The position numbers were made by a program, and so were the translations under genes. 64,000 nt of DNA, from assembly GCA_965287045.1 (NCBI GenBank), contig OZ336895.1:21700001-21764000 (forward strand), given 5' to 3'. How positions within the stretch are numbered: the first letter of the stretch is position 1; each line of letters opens with the position of its first letter. Below the pieces are notes generated by a model. The model was not told the DNA's origin. It saw only the letters and a list, made by a program, of their open reading frames with translations, and did no database searches. Positions 24,901-39,900 of the stretch are shown here, one piece after another. The DNA comes from Carcharhinus amblyrhynchos (Eukaryota).

Positions 24901-27900
24901 CACTAATGTTGCATTTCTTTCTTTGCTGAAGTAAGCTTATACCCCTGCAAATAATGCAGAATAAAAAGTGTAACTTGTTTTTTAGGGGGTGTGAGACCAC
25001 TAGGAGGCAGCAGTTTGACCTCCTTTGGCTTTTACACCAGCATAATATCAGCCTGCAGCCTGGAATGAGTCTGCTTGATTTCCTATGTTTCTATAATGGA
25101 TGATCTCACTTATTCTCTCCCACCCACAAACAAACAGTGATTAAGGTTTTGTTTTTTTCTTACTTTCTGAAAGCAATGATTTGTCATATGGACTTGCAAG
25201 CAAGGAGCAGGGGTAGCCTGTTCAGCCTCCTGACCCTGCTTTGTCATTCAATAAGGTGATTGCTGATCCAGTAGTAAATTCAAATCTGCATCCCACCTAC
25301 CCCTTGATAACCTATGGATACCATTTGATAGCAGAGGACAAGAGTTTTAATGTGAGGAGCATCCAGCAATGCCTCATGTTCCTAAACATTCTCTTTTTTA
25401 TTTGGCATAGTCACTTGCAAGAATCTAGGCCAACCTTTTCCAAGCTCTCCTCGCCTAGGGGCTAGGTTGTGTGTCCTCATTCTCAACAGGATTGAGAAAA
25501 AACACTTACTCAAATGTTTTGTATCCTGTATTCTTAAAATAGATTTAATCTTATTGAATTCACAAAACAAATTTGAATGGAAGATATCTCAGTCATATTT
25601 TCTACACAGTAGGGTTTAATTGTTAGAAACTATTCACTACGTATTGAAGCAGTGACTAAACGTCAGAAGTTTTTAATTAGCTGTTAGGTGACTTGAAATA
25701 TAAGTATTGTATAAATGCAAGTCATGTTGAAAATGACTTTTAAAGAAAACTACCTCAGAATTTAATACAATCAAGTTTCTTCAAGTTGGTCATCTCTAGG
25801 TCATGTTTTTAAAAAATCTGCTCAACTGCAGCAGCCTAATCTGGTTGCTAGTAGTTGAGGCACAAGACTTTATGCAAGAGCTAGACATATGCCCCTTTGT
25901 AGCTTCTGCAAATGAACTATTATATACATGAAGTCACTTTAGCCTAATTGGTCACGTGGGTCAGATCAGCCACTCATTTCCTACTTGCCCAATTTCAGAT
26001 CAGATAAGTAAGAGTTTCTTTTAACCTTGTATTGAGACCAAATCCATTGTATTTGGCTTCCTGGCACTGAGGGAGTAGTGCTGTCCAGTGTGCCATTGTG
26101 CCTCTGGCAACAGTCAGAGTCCCAAACAGACTCTTCAAATATAATGTCATGATGGCAAGATGAACTTTCAACCATCACCTAAGTTCACCTATTTCCACCT
26201 CCATAACTTCACCTGACTCTGCAGCTGCCTCAGCTCATTTTGATGCTGAAACTCTTTTTAGTTGCCTCTAATTTGTGTATCTCACCTAACCAGCCTTTTT
26301 TTTTTGCTGTAAAATTGATCATTTTAAAACTGAGTCCTAATATGCACCAAGTCTCACTTCACCATTTTCCCTATGTTAATCCCTCACTTTTAGAACAATC
26401 TTAGTTTTTTAAATCCTCCAATTCATCACTTCTCCCTATCTCCCAAACCTCCAATGGTTGTGCTGTTGTTCTGACCTCCCGAGCATCTTCAATTTTAATT
26501 ATTCCACCATAGTCATGCCCAAAGCTATTGAATTCCCATCCTAAACATCCTAATACCTTTCTACCTTTTTCCCTTTTAAGATGCAATGCAAAACTTAGCT
26601 CTTTGATTAAGAATTTGGTCTCCTGTGCCAATATCTGTGGTTCAGTATCAAAATTTATTTTGTTTTTTGTGAAGTGCCATGTGACATTTTAGTACATTAT
26701 TGTCAGCTTTCGTTGAAGAACTTAAGTTTTTGACTTTTATCTCTTCCAAAATACTTAATAAATTGATTTTTTTTTAAAAAGAAGACTCTTATTTGAGTTT
26801 AAACTTTATGTTGGCAACATTGTCTTCAGTCTTTGAAGGTTGTAACTAGTGTATACCACTGGAGGCTATTTTCTGTAACTCTTTGATTTAGGCCAGAAAT
26901 AGATAAATTGATTAGCATGTTATGCTCTCATCTGCTATCATCATTTGTGACATAGTGTGCTTAATTTATTTTAATAGGAAAATGAAACAAGAGATGCTGA
27001 TATTTCAGAGACCTGTAGCATTACCAAGGTAATATACATGTTCTACAATTTTAGTTTTTCAGAATTGTCCAGGCACAAAGGTGACTGGACTAGAATTCGA
27101 AACAAGCCTGATTTGTAAAACTTTAGTTTGCAGTGATGTTGAGCTGTTGTCATATCATTCATTACTTACAACTGATTAACAATGAGTTTGATGTCAAAAT
27201 TTACAGTTTAAGTTAGAGCACTATTGCCCAAAACAGTGAAGAGTAAAGTGAAAATAATTAAATACTATATAATCCATTGTCTTAAATCACTTGAGATTCT
27301 TGACACCTTGTTAATTTAAAACCTATTTTAAGCATAGTGAAAATATTGTTTGCACTATAAAGCAACCAAACCTACAGTAATATTTCAAAATGTTTGCTAG
27401 TATCACGAGCTTGAACAAGAGAACCAGAAACTAAAGAATGAGCTCCATCAGTTAAGGAAATGCTTAGTTGGTAATTCTGCTGCAAATGGTACCAAAGAAC
27501 AAAAAGAGGGTGGTTACAATCTGATGAATCAACTCAAGGCATCCACCGATGAGATCGATATTCTTAAAGAAGAGCAGATTTGGCTGAAATCTAAGCTCGC
27601 CATAGCAGAAAAGGAAATTGACGCAATGAGAAACAAGGCAAGTGGTGTACAAAATAAATACTTGAGCTTCAAATTAAATGCCCTTGGGTTCACTCAGCCA
27701 TACCCAAAATGATTCCTGGAATATTTTAAGATTTCTGGCAGCTTGCTTTTGATTTGTCCACTGTTTTTGCATATAGTGGAATAAGTTGCTGGTGCCACAC
27801 AAATTATTTAATTCCCTTTCCTTGTGAGCTAACATTGCATGCCTTTGATCATTTTTTTTCTGAAATTATTCCATATTTCTACTCAAAGGCCTTGGGCAGT

Positions 27901-30900
27901 GTTCCTTTGGTGCTGCCTCTGTTAGATATTTTAAACTGAACTTTGTGTGAGGGAAGTATATATGGCTCAGATTGGAAGAGTGCTCCAGATAAGTGCTGGG
28001 TTAAATGCTCTGTTAAACGAATGCATTTCTCTCATTGTGTCTGGTACTGTGACACATTAACATTTCCAGCAAAGTGTAGTTAATATCATCAAAATGCCAT
28101 TGAAAGTTTGGAGCCAGGCTAAGACGCTGATGTGCCAATTTGGGTATTGCATCTAACTTTTTCAGTGGTCTGGTTTTTGGTGCAGCACCTCTTTTAATAT
28201 TGTGGTAAAGATTTTTGAACTCTAGCTATGGTTGGAATTGTCAAATGGGAATTCTGTTCAGATGCTTCAAGTTTTGTTTGACTGTCTGCACAGCTTTGGA
28301 AGAACTAAAGTTCTTGAACAAATCTTGCATCACTTAACTCAAAATCCCACTGTCTGAGGATAACTAAATAAAAAGCTGCAACTTTTCAACCTGAATCGGT
28401 TTAAATTTTCAAGAGCTTGGTTCAAGTCAATTTGAGTTAGTAGATAAGAAAAGTAGCACCATTCGTAACATTTAGAATAATTATGAAGGAAATTGTGGAG
28501 CCACAGCATTTCTGATCTTAAAATGTTATCCTTGAGTGATGCACATGAGAGTATAGCCTGTATATTTTGGAGGGAGGAACTTCTCTCCTTGATGGGAAGG
28601 CTGTAATCTGATATGTTTTGCTTTAAAAGGCATCTTATAGGTTCAGTGAGTTGGAGTATGTGACCAAAGTATCACAGTAATAAAAAATGTAGTGCCTTTG
28701 CTTTGGGGCAGCCTGTTGTTTTTTAATCACCTGCACCAATTGCATGTTCTGTAATTAATGAGGTATTTTGTGTTTACAGGCTACTATGGCAGACCTATTT
28801 GGATTACCTAAAGATGGATGTAAAATGTCTGAGGAGGATCTCAGATGTGCTTATGATGCTGTCCGTGTGGCCAATAAGTAAGTGAAAAAGGAACTTGGAG
28901 CAGGAGGAGATTTATAACTAATCAAAGACTCATGTTCTTGGCCAACCAATAACCTTTCCTTAGGAATAGTCAAACTTGCCCTTAGTGTATGTACAAAATC
29001 TGCTATTTATAGCCCAGGCAATTCAAGTTATTTTGCTTATTCCATGTTGATTTTCTTTTTGTGGAGTCATACAGTATAGGATGCCATTCAGTCCAACATG
29101 CTCATGTTAACTCTTTGAAAGAGCTATTTAGTTAGTCCTATTCTCTGCTCTTTTTCTCCACAACCCTGCAAGTTTATCCTGATCAAGAATGGACTGCCTG
29201 CTCTGATAGTGAAGTCAGACACTTACGAACTTTCAAGTGGTTATTGGATAGGCACGTGGAGCACACAAGAATGATAAGGAGTGGGACAGCTTGATCTTGG
29301 TTTTGGACAAAGCTGGGCACAACATTGAGGGCTGAAGGGCCTGTACTGTGCTGTCCTGTTCAATGTTCTATCTAAGTATTGAATTACTTTTTGAAAGTTG
29401 CAGTTGCATCTGCTTCCATTGCCCTTTTACAGGCAATGTATTTCCAAATCATCTCCATGCAAATTGGGAATTTCTTTTCCCTAATTTCCCTTCTGGGTCC
29501 TGTCAATTATCTTAAAATTGTGTCCTCCTGGTATTCAGCCTCCTGCCAGCAGCAAGTTAGGTTCTCAAAATCCTTCATTGTCGAATACGTCAATTAAACC
29601 TCCAACCCTCCAAAGAAAGTGCTGGTGGATCTAAATTCTGATTGTGTTCAACTTGAGACGGATGCATGTTAATAGCAATGTAGATTGTTATATGTCAGGA
29701 AACTGGACGTGGTAAGTATAAAAGCAGGGAAATGAGCAGTTAGAGGGAAGGTCTGTTAGCAACTAGTTGAAATGGGGCAAATAGAAGCAAGACTGCCTGC
29801 ATGGTAAGAGGAAGGAGGGAAAGAAAATACAATGTAAAGATAGACAAGGTGTCAATATTGTATGGACTTTGCTTGATTTGAATTGACCGAGACCCCCCAC
29901 CCCCTCTCTCCTGAAAGGTGGATCCCAGTGTCTGCTGAACTGAGGAAGGCAGTGTTACCAAATGGAAATTGCTGACTAGCAACAGATAAGATGACAGTGC
30001 TGGCCACATAAGCTTATTTGAGTAGGGGACACTTTCTTATCTAACAATCTTCTACCTTCACTGAGCAATCAAGGAAGTAAAGTATTTTGATTAAAAAAAA
30101 ACACTTGCACATTCTTTGTGCCATTTGCCAACAAATTCACAGATTAAGGGACACGCATCTACTGAGAATAAGCATTGAGACCAAGTGCCCATACACTCAT
30201 CTTAAGAGTCACATCTGAACCCACACAACTACAATGGCTATTGTGTGTGTCAGCAAACTTGAGGGCAACTAAGTTGATTAGATTCCAAATTTAGATGAGC
30301 AAATTTAAACAAAAAGGGGGTAATATTCAATGGAAGGAAGAAATCTATTGTGCTTATATTGAAATCATGTGATCAACAACCATTTTCCACTTGTCTTTAT
30401 GGAATAAAACCACTGTCTGAATTCCCAATCACCTATATGTGAATAGTGGCTATTCTAAGTTATACAAACTACTGGTAAAGTTGCCATGGAGTCTTGTTCA
30501 TTTCAATAAGTACCCATTTAATAATGTGATAAATGTAAATTTCTATAAATCAAACTAAGCTGTTGCAGGTAAGGAGTCTCATTACTTCAGGCATAAATGT
30601 TGGAGAATACATCAAATATAAAATTAAAAGAAATGTTTTCTTCTTGATCCTTCAATTTTCCCCCCACCTTCCCTTTCTTTACTGATCTGATTGATGCAGG
30701 AAGGATGTTCCTGATGATGGGGATGTCAAGAATCAGGGGTCACAGCCTGAGGGTACAGGATAGACCATTTAGGATGGAGATGAGGAGACGTTTCTTCACC
30801 CAAAGAATGATGAGCCTGTGGAATTCATTACCACAGGCACTAGTTGATGCCAAAATAATGAATGCATTCCAGAGGCAGCGGGATATAGCACTTGGGTTGA

Positions 30901-33900
30901 ATGTGATCAAAGGTTATGGGGAGAAAACAGGATTAGGCTATTGAGTTGGAGGATCAGCTATGATTGTGATGAATGGCAGAGCAGGCTCGAAGGGCTGAAT
31001 GGCCTTCTGTCTTTTATGACTACACCTACTGTGTACTTCAGTCCTTCTGCTGTTTTGTTTCAAAATCTTTGATTCAGGAGATAAACAATTGCTTGCCCTG
31101 TTCTCCTTTATCAGCTCCCTCTTTCAGCAACAATAAAAACCTAAATGTGCAAAAACAAGCCATCTAATAGTAGATATCTGCTTTATGGGTCACCCAGGGA
31201 ATAATATACTTGTTTTTTCTCTTTCTCCTGATTTGCAGTGGGTGTGAATGTCTCCAGTTGCACTTATTAATTGCAATTGCTTTTCCAGACCAAATATAAT
31301 CCACAAAACTAATCAATAATTGGGTAATTGCAAAGTTATAACACTTGTGTTTCATTTGAAAGCCACGTTATTTACATAATGCAGGATCGTGAGACTGTTG
31401 ATTGAAGATGGTATTTGAAGTGGTATTTATAAACTTGTCAGCAGTGTTCAGCCAGAGTATTCAAATACGTTAACACCATACGTTCTTCATAAGCTTTTAG
31501 TTTAGGGCCAATTGTTCCCACTCGTATTGAGAGTTAAATGACAGTTACAGAAGCATTTTTCTAGTTACTAGTTGGGATCTTAATGTAATCCTCCTTTTTT
31601 TGAGTTGCTTCAGATATTAGCTGTACAGGAGCAGGGAAGTCTGACTGCAGCTATAGAGAACCTTGGTGAGGCCACACCTGGATATTGTGCAGTTTTAGTC
31701 TCCTTACCCAAGGAAGGATGTACTACTTTAGGGAGAGTGCAGACTGATTTTCTGGGAATTTTGCTGAGGCGAGATTGGGTTGACTGGGGATCAAATTGAA
31801 ATGTATAAAATTCTGCCTGTTCTAACCTGCTGTCTGCTCTCACTTGCTCCAAGTAGACAAACAAGTCAATGATTGGATGTGGGAGTTTTCCCTTTGACTC
31901 CTAATTGGGTGGGCAATATAACTAACTTGATGCTATATGAAATGCAGTCATATAGTCATAGAGTTTACAGCATAGAAAAAGGCCCTTTGACACAATTTGT
32001 CTATGCCACTCTTTTTTAGGCTCCGAATGTAGATTCTGGCAAGTTTATAAATACCATCTTCAATCAAAGGTCTCATAATCCTGCATTATGTAAATATGCT
32101 GCTTTCACATGAAAGCCAAGTGGAAAAACTTTGCAATTACCCAATTATTGATTAGTTTCATGGATTATATTTTAGTCTGGAAAGACAAGTGTGATTGAAG
32201 ATACATTCACATCTACTGCAAATCAGGAGAAAGAAAACAACCTCTAGTACATTATTCCCTGGGTGACCCATAAAGCAGATATCTACTCTTACTGGTCCCA
32301 ATTGCCTGTGACTGGTCCATATCCCTCCATACACCTTGCCTATGTAACTGTCTAAATGTTGTTTAAAAGTCAAAATTGTACCCACCTCTAATACGACCTC
32401 TGGCAGCTTGTTCCAGACACTCACCACCCTCTGGAAAAAAATTGCCCCTCTGGACACTTCTGTATCTCTCCCCTCTACCTTAAACCTATGCCCTCTAGTT
32501 TTAGACTCCCCTGCCTTTGGGAAAAGATATTGACTATCTAGCCGATCTATGCTCCTCATTATTTTAGAGACCTCTAAGATCACCCCTCAGCCTTCTATGC
32601 TCCAGAAAAAAAAATCCCAGTCGATCCAGCCTCTGCTTATAACTCAAACCATCAAGTCCTGGTAGCATCCTAGTAAATCTTTCCTGCACTCTTTCTAGTT
32701 TAATAATATTCTTTCTATAATAGGGTGACCAGAACAATAGACAATATTCCAAGTGTGGCCTTACCAATGTCTTGTACAACTTCAAGACGTCCCAACTCCT
32801 GTATTCAATGTTCTGACCAATGAAACCAAGCATGCTGAATGCCACCTTCACCACTCTGTCCGCCTGTGACTCCACTTTCAAGGAGCTATAAACATCTTTG
32901 TTCTGTAACTCTCCCCAATACCCTACCATTGACTGTCTTGCCCTAGTTCAATCCACCAAAATGCATCACCTCGCACTTATCTAAATAAAATTCCATTTGC
33001 CATTCATCAGCCCACAGGCCCAGTTGATCAAGGTTTCGTTGCAGTCGGAGATAACTTTCTTCACTGTCCAATATGCCACCAATCTTAGTGTCATCTGCAA
33101 ACTTACTTACTATGCCTCCTACATTCTCATCCAAATCATTAATATAAATGATAAATAACAGTGGACGCAGCATTGATCCCTGAGGCACACCGCTGGTCAC
33201 AGGCTCCATTTTGAAAAACAACCCACTACAACCACCCTTCTGGCTTCTGTCGTTGAGCCATTTTGTATCTGTTTAGCTACCTTGCCCTGGATCCTGTGAG
33301 ATGTAACCTTATGCAACAACCTAGCATGCGGTATCTTGTCAAAGGCCTTGCTAAAGTCCAAGTCGACAACATCAACTGCACTGCCCTCCTCTACCTTCTT
33401 GGTTACGCCTTCAAAAAACTCGATCAAATTTGAGAGACATGATTTTCCACTCTCAAAGCCATGCTGACTGTCCCTAGTCAGTCCTTCAACAATTTACCCA
33501 TCACAGATGTGAGGCTCACTGGCCTGTAGTTCCCAGTCCGTGGGTCAAGTTGGCATCAAGGGGTAGCACAGTGTTTAGCACTGCTGCTTCAGCGCCAGGA
33601 ACCCTGGATTCAACTTCCCGCTTGGGTCTGTGTGGAGCCTGCACGTTCTCCTGGGTTTCCTCCGGGTGCTTTGGTTTCCTCCCACAGTCTGAAAGACATG
33701 CTGGTTAGGTGGATTGGCCATGCTAAATTCTCCTTCAGTGTACCTGAAAAAGCGCAGTGTGGCGACTAGAGGATTTTGACAGTATCTTCATTAGTGTTAA
33801 TGTAAGCCTACTTGTGACTAATAAACTTTAAGTTGGGAACTTGATGCCAGAATGATGGAAATTGAGAACTCTTGTATTAGTTTTCTTGGTTTGATCTAAT

Positions 33901-36900
33901 ATTAGAGAAATACAAATAGTTTAGAAATGTAAATTTTTAGTTCTGTATAATACTACTTAAAATCTAAGGTACCAAGTTCTTCGACTTTTTTGCTTTGTTT
34001 CGTAGTGCCTTGAGTGTAGTTCAATCGAATGCTGACAAACAATCCCAGTAATTTCAAAAATTTGTTTGACTTTTAGGCTCTATGTGCCAGTCTGCAGGAC
34101 AGTTTCCCTCCCACTGCTTGTGGTTTAATTTCTGTAGTTGGTCATATGATTAGAAATGCTGAATATAAAGTTGAACTCCTACATTTGTGTAGGAGATTTA
34201 TAAAGTTGTTCTACCTTGAGATGCACGTGAATTGCTTCAAAGCACAAGTTGCACTGAAGTGGTTTGGCATCTGAGTGCAGCAAATGACACAACCTGTTTA
34301 ATCAAACTTGCAAATATATAATATAGCAGCAATCGCTATGTTCAAGTAATTTTTGGTGTGATGACTACATCCAATTTCCATATTTAACTGCTGCTTCTGC
34401 AGTTTGGTAATCTGCTGGATTGCACTTTTTATTACAGGTGTTGTGGATGTTTGGCGGTGTAAGATTCACTACTGCTACACCATCTGTTCTTCTTAACACA
34501 ATTTTTGTCCCCATTGCAATTTAATGGTTATATTTACTGTTACTCAACACTTCATTTGAACTCAGCATTTTTATTTTCAGATACTATTTCTTCATTCAAG
34601 CACATTTTTTAAAAAAAAACTGTTAATGATATTCTCCATTTGGCAATATGCCACTTAATGTCACTCCCATCTTTCACATCTCCATATCAGATGGAGCAAA
34701 ATGTACTAGTATGTCCCCTCATTCTGGAAGTTAAAAGGTGGAAAATGGAGACCAGTCAGGCAGCACTGGAAATACATTCCATCCACCCAGTGGTATCTCC
34801 ACATTAGATCAGGTGGAGGCACTCCTAGTTTCAGGGTGTTTAGGACTTCCCATTTAACATGGGAGTGGGAAACAGTACTGCTGACATAACGAGGTAGTTA
34901 CGTGGGAGTAATATCATGTAGAAGAGGAATCATAGAATCCCCACAATGCAAAAGGAGTGGGTCTTGTAGAAGATCGTACCTAATCAGTACTGTATCCTGT
35001 ATCTATGCACCAAGTTAAATGATTATTGTCCCAATATGTAAGCTTTCTAACTGTCCTTTCACTTTTTAAGAATCTATTTCAGTTTTGCCCAGACTTTGAG
35101 AAAATGCAAGTTTCCTATCCCTTCACTGCAAATATTCCAAATGTGAAAATATTTTGGAATCTTGATCAATTTTCCTTGGAATTTTCAATGCTTTGGACTT
35201 GGAAGTGACTATCACTCCAGGCTGTCATGGCATTAGCAGTTTTGCTTGTATAAAGATGGCCATTTTAAGAAAATAATATTGTCATGCTTGTATGTTGAGG
35301 TCATTGTTTTAAGGTTGAGCTCAGAATTTCTCCCATTTGGTTGGAAACCCTGGGTTCATGTGTAATTGGAGTCTTCTACCAGAGTTATAGTAGCAATCAG
35401 AGGAACTCCTAGGCAAGTTTCCAATGTGATAGAATGGACAATTCCATTTCTGGAGCTTATCTCACTTTTACTACCTTAAGTATAGCCATTTATCTCTGCT
35501 TTCAAAATTGCAAGCAGTCATTTAACAATACAAGTAGGTGTAGTGGCACAGTGCTTAGCACTGCTGCCTCTCAATTCCAGGGACCCAGGTTCGATTCCTG
35601 ACCAAGGTTGCTATCTGTGTGGAGTTTGCACATTCTCCCTGTATCTGTGTGGGTTGCCTCCCACAGGCCAGAGATGCACAAGTTAGGTAGATTGGGCATG
35701 CTGAATTGCCCCTTGATGTCAGGGGACTAGCTAGGGAAAATGCATGAAGCTAAGAGGATAGGACCTGTGTGGGATTGTGGTTGGTGCAAACTCGATGGGT
35801 CAAATGGTCTCCTTCCGCACTGTAGGCATCTATGATTCTGAGTAAATGTTCAATATAGCTGACTGGTTGTATGTTTCATTTATCTGTCTTGAGCACCAGG
35901 TTGAATTTCAATTGTAAGCTCACTTTTTGTTTGAGGACGACTACTATTAGGATAGCCAGGTCATTTGGGATGTTAGCATTGAACAACTTGCAAAAGACAG
36001 GGAAAACCATCTATGGTCTGAACAGCATAGGCAATGGCAGAATCAGCAAAGTTTTTTGCTGATGACAGTGGAACGTTTTAAAACCTTGAGACAATGGCTG
36101 TTAATAGGTTGAGAATCCTTCAGGAAGAATGCTTGTTTTGGAATTATTCTCTCATCTCATTGCTCATTGAAAATGGGAAGCTCTTATAAGTATCTGAAGA
36201 GGAAAATATGACTGGTGTGGAGGAATGAGCAGAGGATCTGCTGTTGTCAGTGTAGTAATGACGTCCTTAGCAATCCTGCATGTCAACTCCTGACCTCATG
36301 GTACAGATCTATTCTTGTTTGCAGCCTAACTAAATGAGCTAATGACAAATTTCAGCAGACATTGGTGCTTGTGAAGATAGAGAATTGAGGATTGCATGTC
36401 AGGAGCATGGGCCTGAATCTGGTCCACTACAAAGATCTCTTAAGAGCCTCTTGATTTGGACATCTTTATAGAAAGGCCAATCAAATTTTATTGTTAACCT
36501 CAAATTAAAAGGTGTAAGAACAGATGCCAGTTTGCATTTGAAAAACTGACCTGAGTTATTACTTCAAATTAAGCTGCAGAAGTAGAACCAGGGTACACTT
36601 TTAAGAAAGTACAAGGTAACTTCTGGCACTGATTGAGATTTTTCCTAGTAGTTTGATCAATGTATTGAGTGAACTGCCAGAGATAGCAGTGAAAGCAAAA
36701 ACCTTGGCATAATTGAAATCTTTTACTGCAACAGCAGTGGGAGTTGGATGAGTACAGGGAGGAGGCATTGAGATCCATCTGGATGGATGAACTGACGTAT
36801 TAAAGCCTTCCTTGTCTGTATTGTAAAGGAGTAGATTGGGAACTAGATAAAGATGATATAGTTCAGGGTGCAGTAGTGGATTTTGGATTGAGGCGAGACT

Positions 36901-39900
36901 AGAATTTGCATTAACAGTAGAGTGAGGAAATGGAGATACTGCTCCTTTCTAAAAAAAAACACAAGATTTGGGTGGAGCAGGCCATAGAACCAGAAAATGG
37001 GATTCTAGCATTGGTCATAGTTGGGGTGCCATTTGAAGTTTCTATAACCTTCCAATAGAATGGATATTGGAACCAATTAAATAGCATTTTTATTTGTATA
37101 TTATTTCTCGTTAGAACAATGGTGCCATGTTTTATCCATTGATGACTTTTGTCAGGTACACTCCTGTTGGTGCAGTGAATAAATTTTCAGGAACTGTTAA
37201 ACATTTGGACTGGAAAGCAGTTGAGTTAAACTAATTTGAGATTTTGATTTTCTTGATTTTTTTTTTTGAGTTGCATTTTTCTTTAAGGTTACTCTACAAT
37301 TGTCATCAAACTTTCACCTCTACCTGGTACTTGGGCAGTTGAGTTCTTGGAAACTCTTGCTCTGTTATGCCTGTCGCTTTTTACTTTTCCCTACCCCATC
37401 CTGAACATTAAAGTTTACTTGACTGGCCACTGCTTTTGTTTTCACCATTTTAGAGACTTTTTTCTCTCCCTATACAGACTTCTCATGGACCAGTTGGATG
37501 AACAGAAGGCACAGCATGTGAAAGAAGTAAAGACTTTTCAAACTGAAGTCAGAGACTTGAAAGAGAAGTTGAATAAACAGCAGAAATACTTTGCTGAAGC
37601 ACTACAGCTGTCATCAGAGGCACAAATGGAAGTTGGGTTAAAGCAGGAAATTACACGTCTTACCAATGAAAACCTGGTAACATTGCAATGGATTTTTTGA
37701 TCTGTCTTTCTATATTTTGGAGATCAATATCCTGTTTCTGGATATCAGCCTTAACATTAATCAATATCGTCTGTATATTGCCCTTATTTGTTTTTATAGA
37801 ATGTATGTAAAATTGACATGTTGACAGTGAGTGAAGGAGAGACATGGGAATTGAGGTGGTTGTGGTTAAACAGGTTTTTAAACTAGCTACTGAATGTCAC
37901 AGCAATACTGAAAGGGGATATTACTGAGGGTTTGCTCACTGAGTCTATATGGGTAGAATTGAGAAATCAGAAAGGGGAGATCACTTTAATAGGATTGTAC
38001 TATAGGCCCCCGAATAGTCAGTAGTAAATTGAGGAACATGAGATTACAGATAATGCCAAGAAAAATAAGGTGGTAATTGTAAGGGGCTTCAACTTTTCCA
38101 ATGTTGACTGGGACAGCCATAGCATTAGGGGCTTGGATGGAAAGAAATTTGTGTATTCAGGAGATATTTCTCATTTTGCACATGGCTGGCCTAACTAGAG
38201 AGGGGGCAAAACTTGATCTCTCGGGAAATGAGGAAGGGCAGGTGATAAGTGTTAGTGAGGGATCAGTTTGGGACCAATGACCATAATTCTATTAGTTTTA
38301 AGGTAACTATGGAGAATGATGGGTTTGGCCCAAAATTCTAAATTGGGGCAAGGCCAGTTTTGATGGTATCAGGCAAGAACACTCAAGTTGATTGGGGGAG
38401 TCTGTTATTGAGCAAAAGAACATCTGGTAAGTGGGAGGCTTTCAAAATTAACTGGGGTTCAGGCACATTCCCTTAGAGTGAAGGTCAAGGCTGGTAGAAG
38501 TAATGAACCGTGAATGACTTGGGATATTGAGGCCCTGATCAAAAAGGAGGTGGCATAGGCAGCTGGGATCCAATGGATGTTCAGTTGAGACACATTTAAT
38601 ATTGTCAGGTCAGGCTCCCATGGGGCAATGTAAAGTCTGATGAACAGTTTCTGGCTGGGTTTCTTGGGCTTTTAGAAACATGGCAATGAAATGGAGGCTG
38701 ATGCTGTCAGCCCCAGAAGATGAGTGCCCTTATAACACTCCATTAGAACCATGAGTCTGTTCTCCCTTCCATACCCCAACAAACCCTGATTGACCTCCCT
38801 TGTGTAGGTTTACAATAATGATGCCTGGACTGGGGAGAGATTACACAAATTTTAAGTTGCAATTTCCTTGAATTTACAAGATTATTGGATAATTGTGTCA
38901 AAGTTTTGAGGCTGATAGTGTAGATAATCTATTTCTGGTTGGGGAATCTGTCCAGAGGTCATAGTTCAAAAATTAGAGCCAAACCTTTCTGTAGTTCCTT
39001 CACTGTGACTGAAACAATTGTGGCATTGGAAGAGTACTTTCCATCTGGAGGTCTGTGATAAGTAATGTTCCATAAGAATATGTGCTAGGGTCTCTTGTTG
39101 TAACATATATGAATGATTTGGAGGAAAATATAGTGGCCTGATTAGTAAACTTGCAGATTATTTAAAAAAAAATCAGTGGATAGTGAGGAGGATTGTCAGC
39201 AAGATATAGCAGCATATAAATCAGCTGGAGACCTGGGCCAAAAGATGGCCCATGGAATTTAACCCTGACAAATGTGAGGTGATGTGATTTGGAAGGTCAA
39301 CTGCAGAAGGGAAGTATACAGCAAATGGTAGAGTTCTTAGGAATGTTAACATACAGAGGGACCTAGGCATGTAGATCCACAGTTCCCTGAAGGTGGCAAC
39401 TCAGGTGGTCAAGAAGGTGTATGGCATGCTGGCCTTCATCGGTCAGGGTGTTGAGTATAGGAATTGGAAAATCATGTTGCAGCTGTGGAAGACTTTGGTT
39501 AGGCCACATTTAGAGTATTGTGTACAATTCTGGTCACCTCACTACCAGAAGAATGATGCATTGGAAAGGTTGCAGAAGAGATTTACTTGTTTTGGAGGAT
39601 ATGGACTATGAAGAAAGATTGAACAAACTTGGATTGTTTTCATTTTGTTGGAGGATGACGGGGACCTGAGAGGGTTACAAAATTATGACAGGCTTGGATG
39701 GAGTGGATCAGCAGTCTTTTTCCCAGGATCAATTACTGGGCATAGGCTGAAAGTGAGAGGGGGAGAATTTAAACGTAAGGGGCAAGTTTTTCAGGGCTTG
39801 GTGAACGTCTGGATTGTGATGCTGGAGCAGATGATGGAAGCAGATTCTGTAACAACATTCAAGAGACAACTGGATAGATACATGAATAGATATGGACCAT

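Noticed and set aside
26110-26152. [11 protein letters not shown] as the missing PEST exon
   Set aside because: In-frame TGA, no good donor, and it lies in an L2-like remnant.
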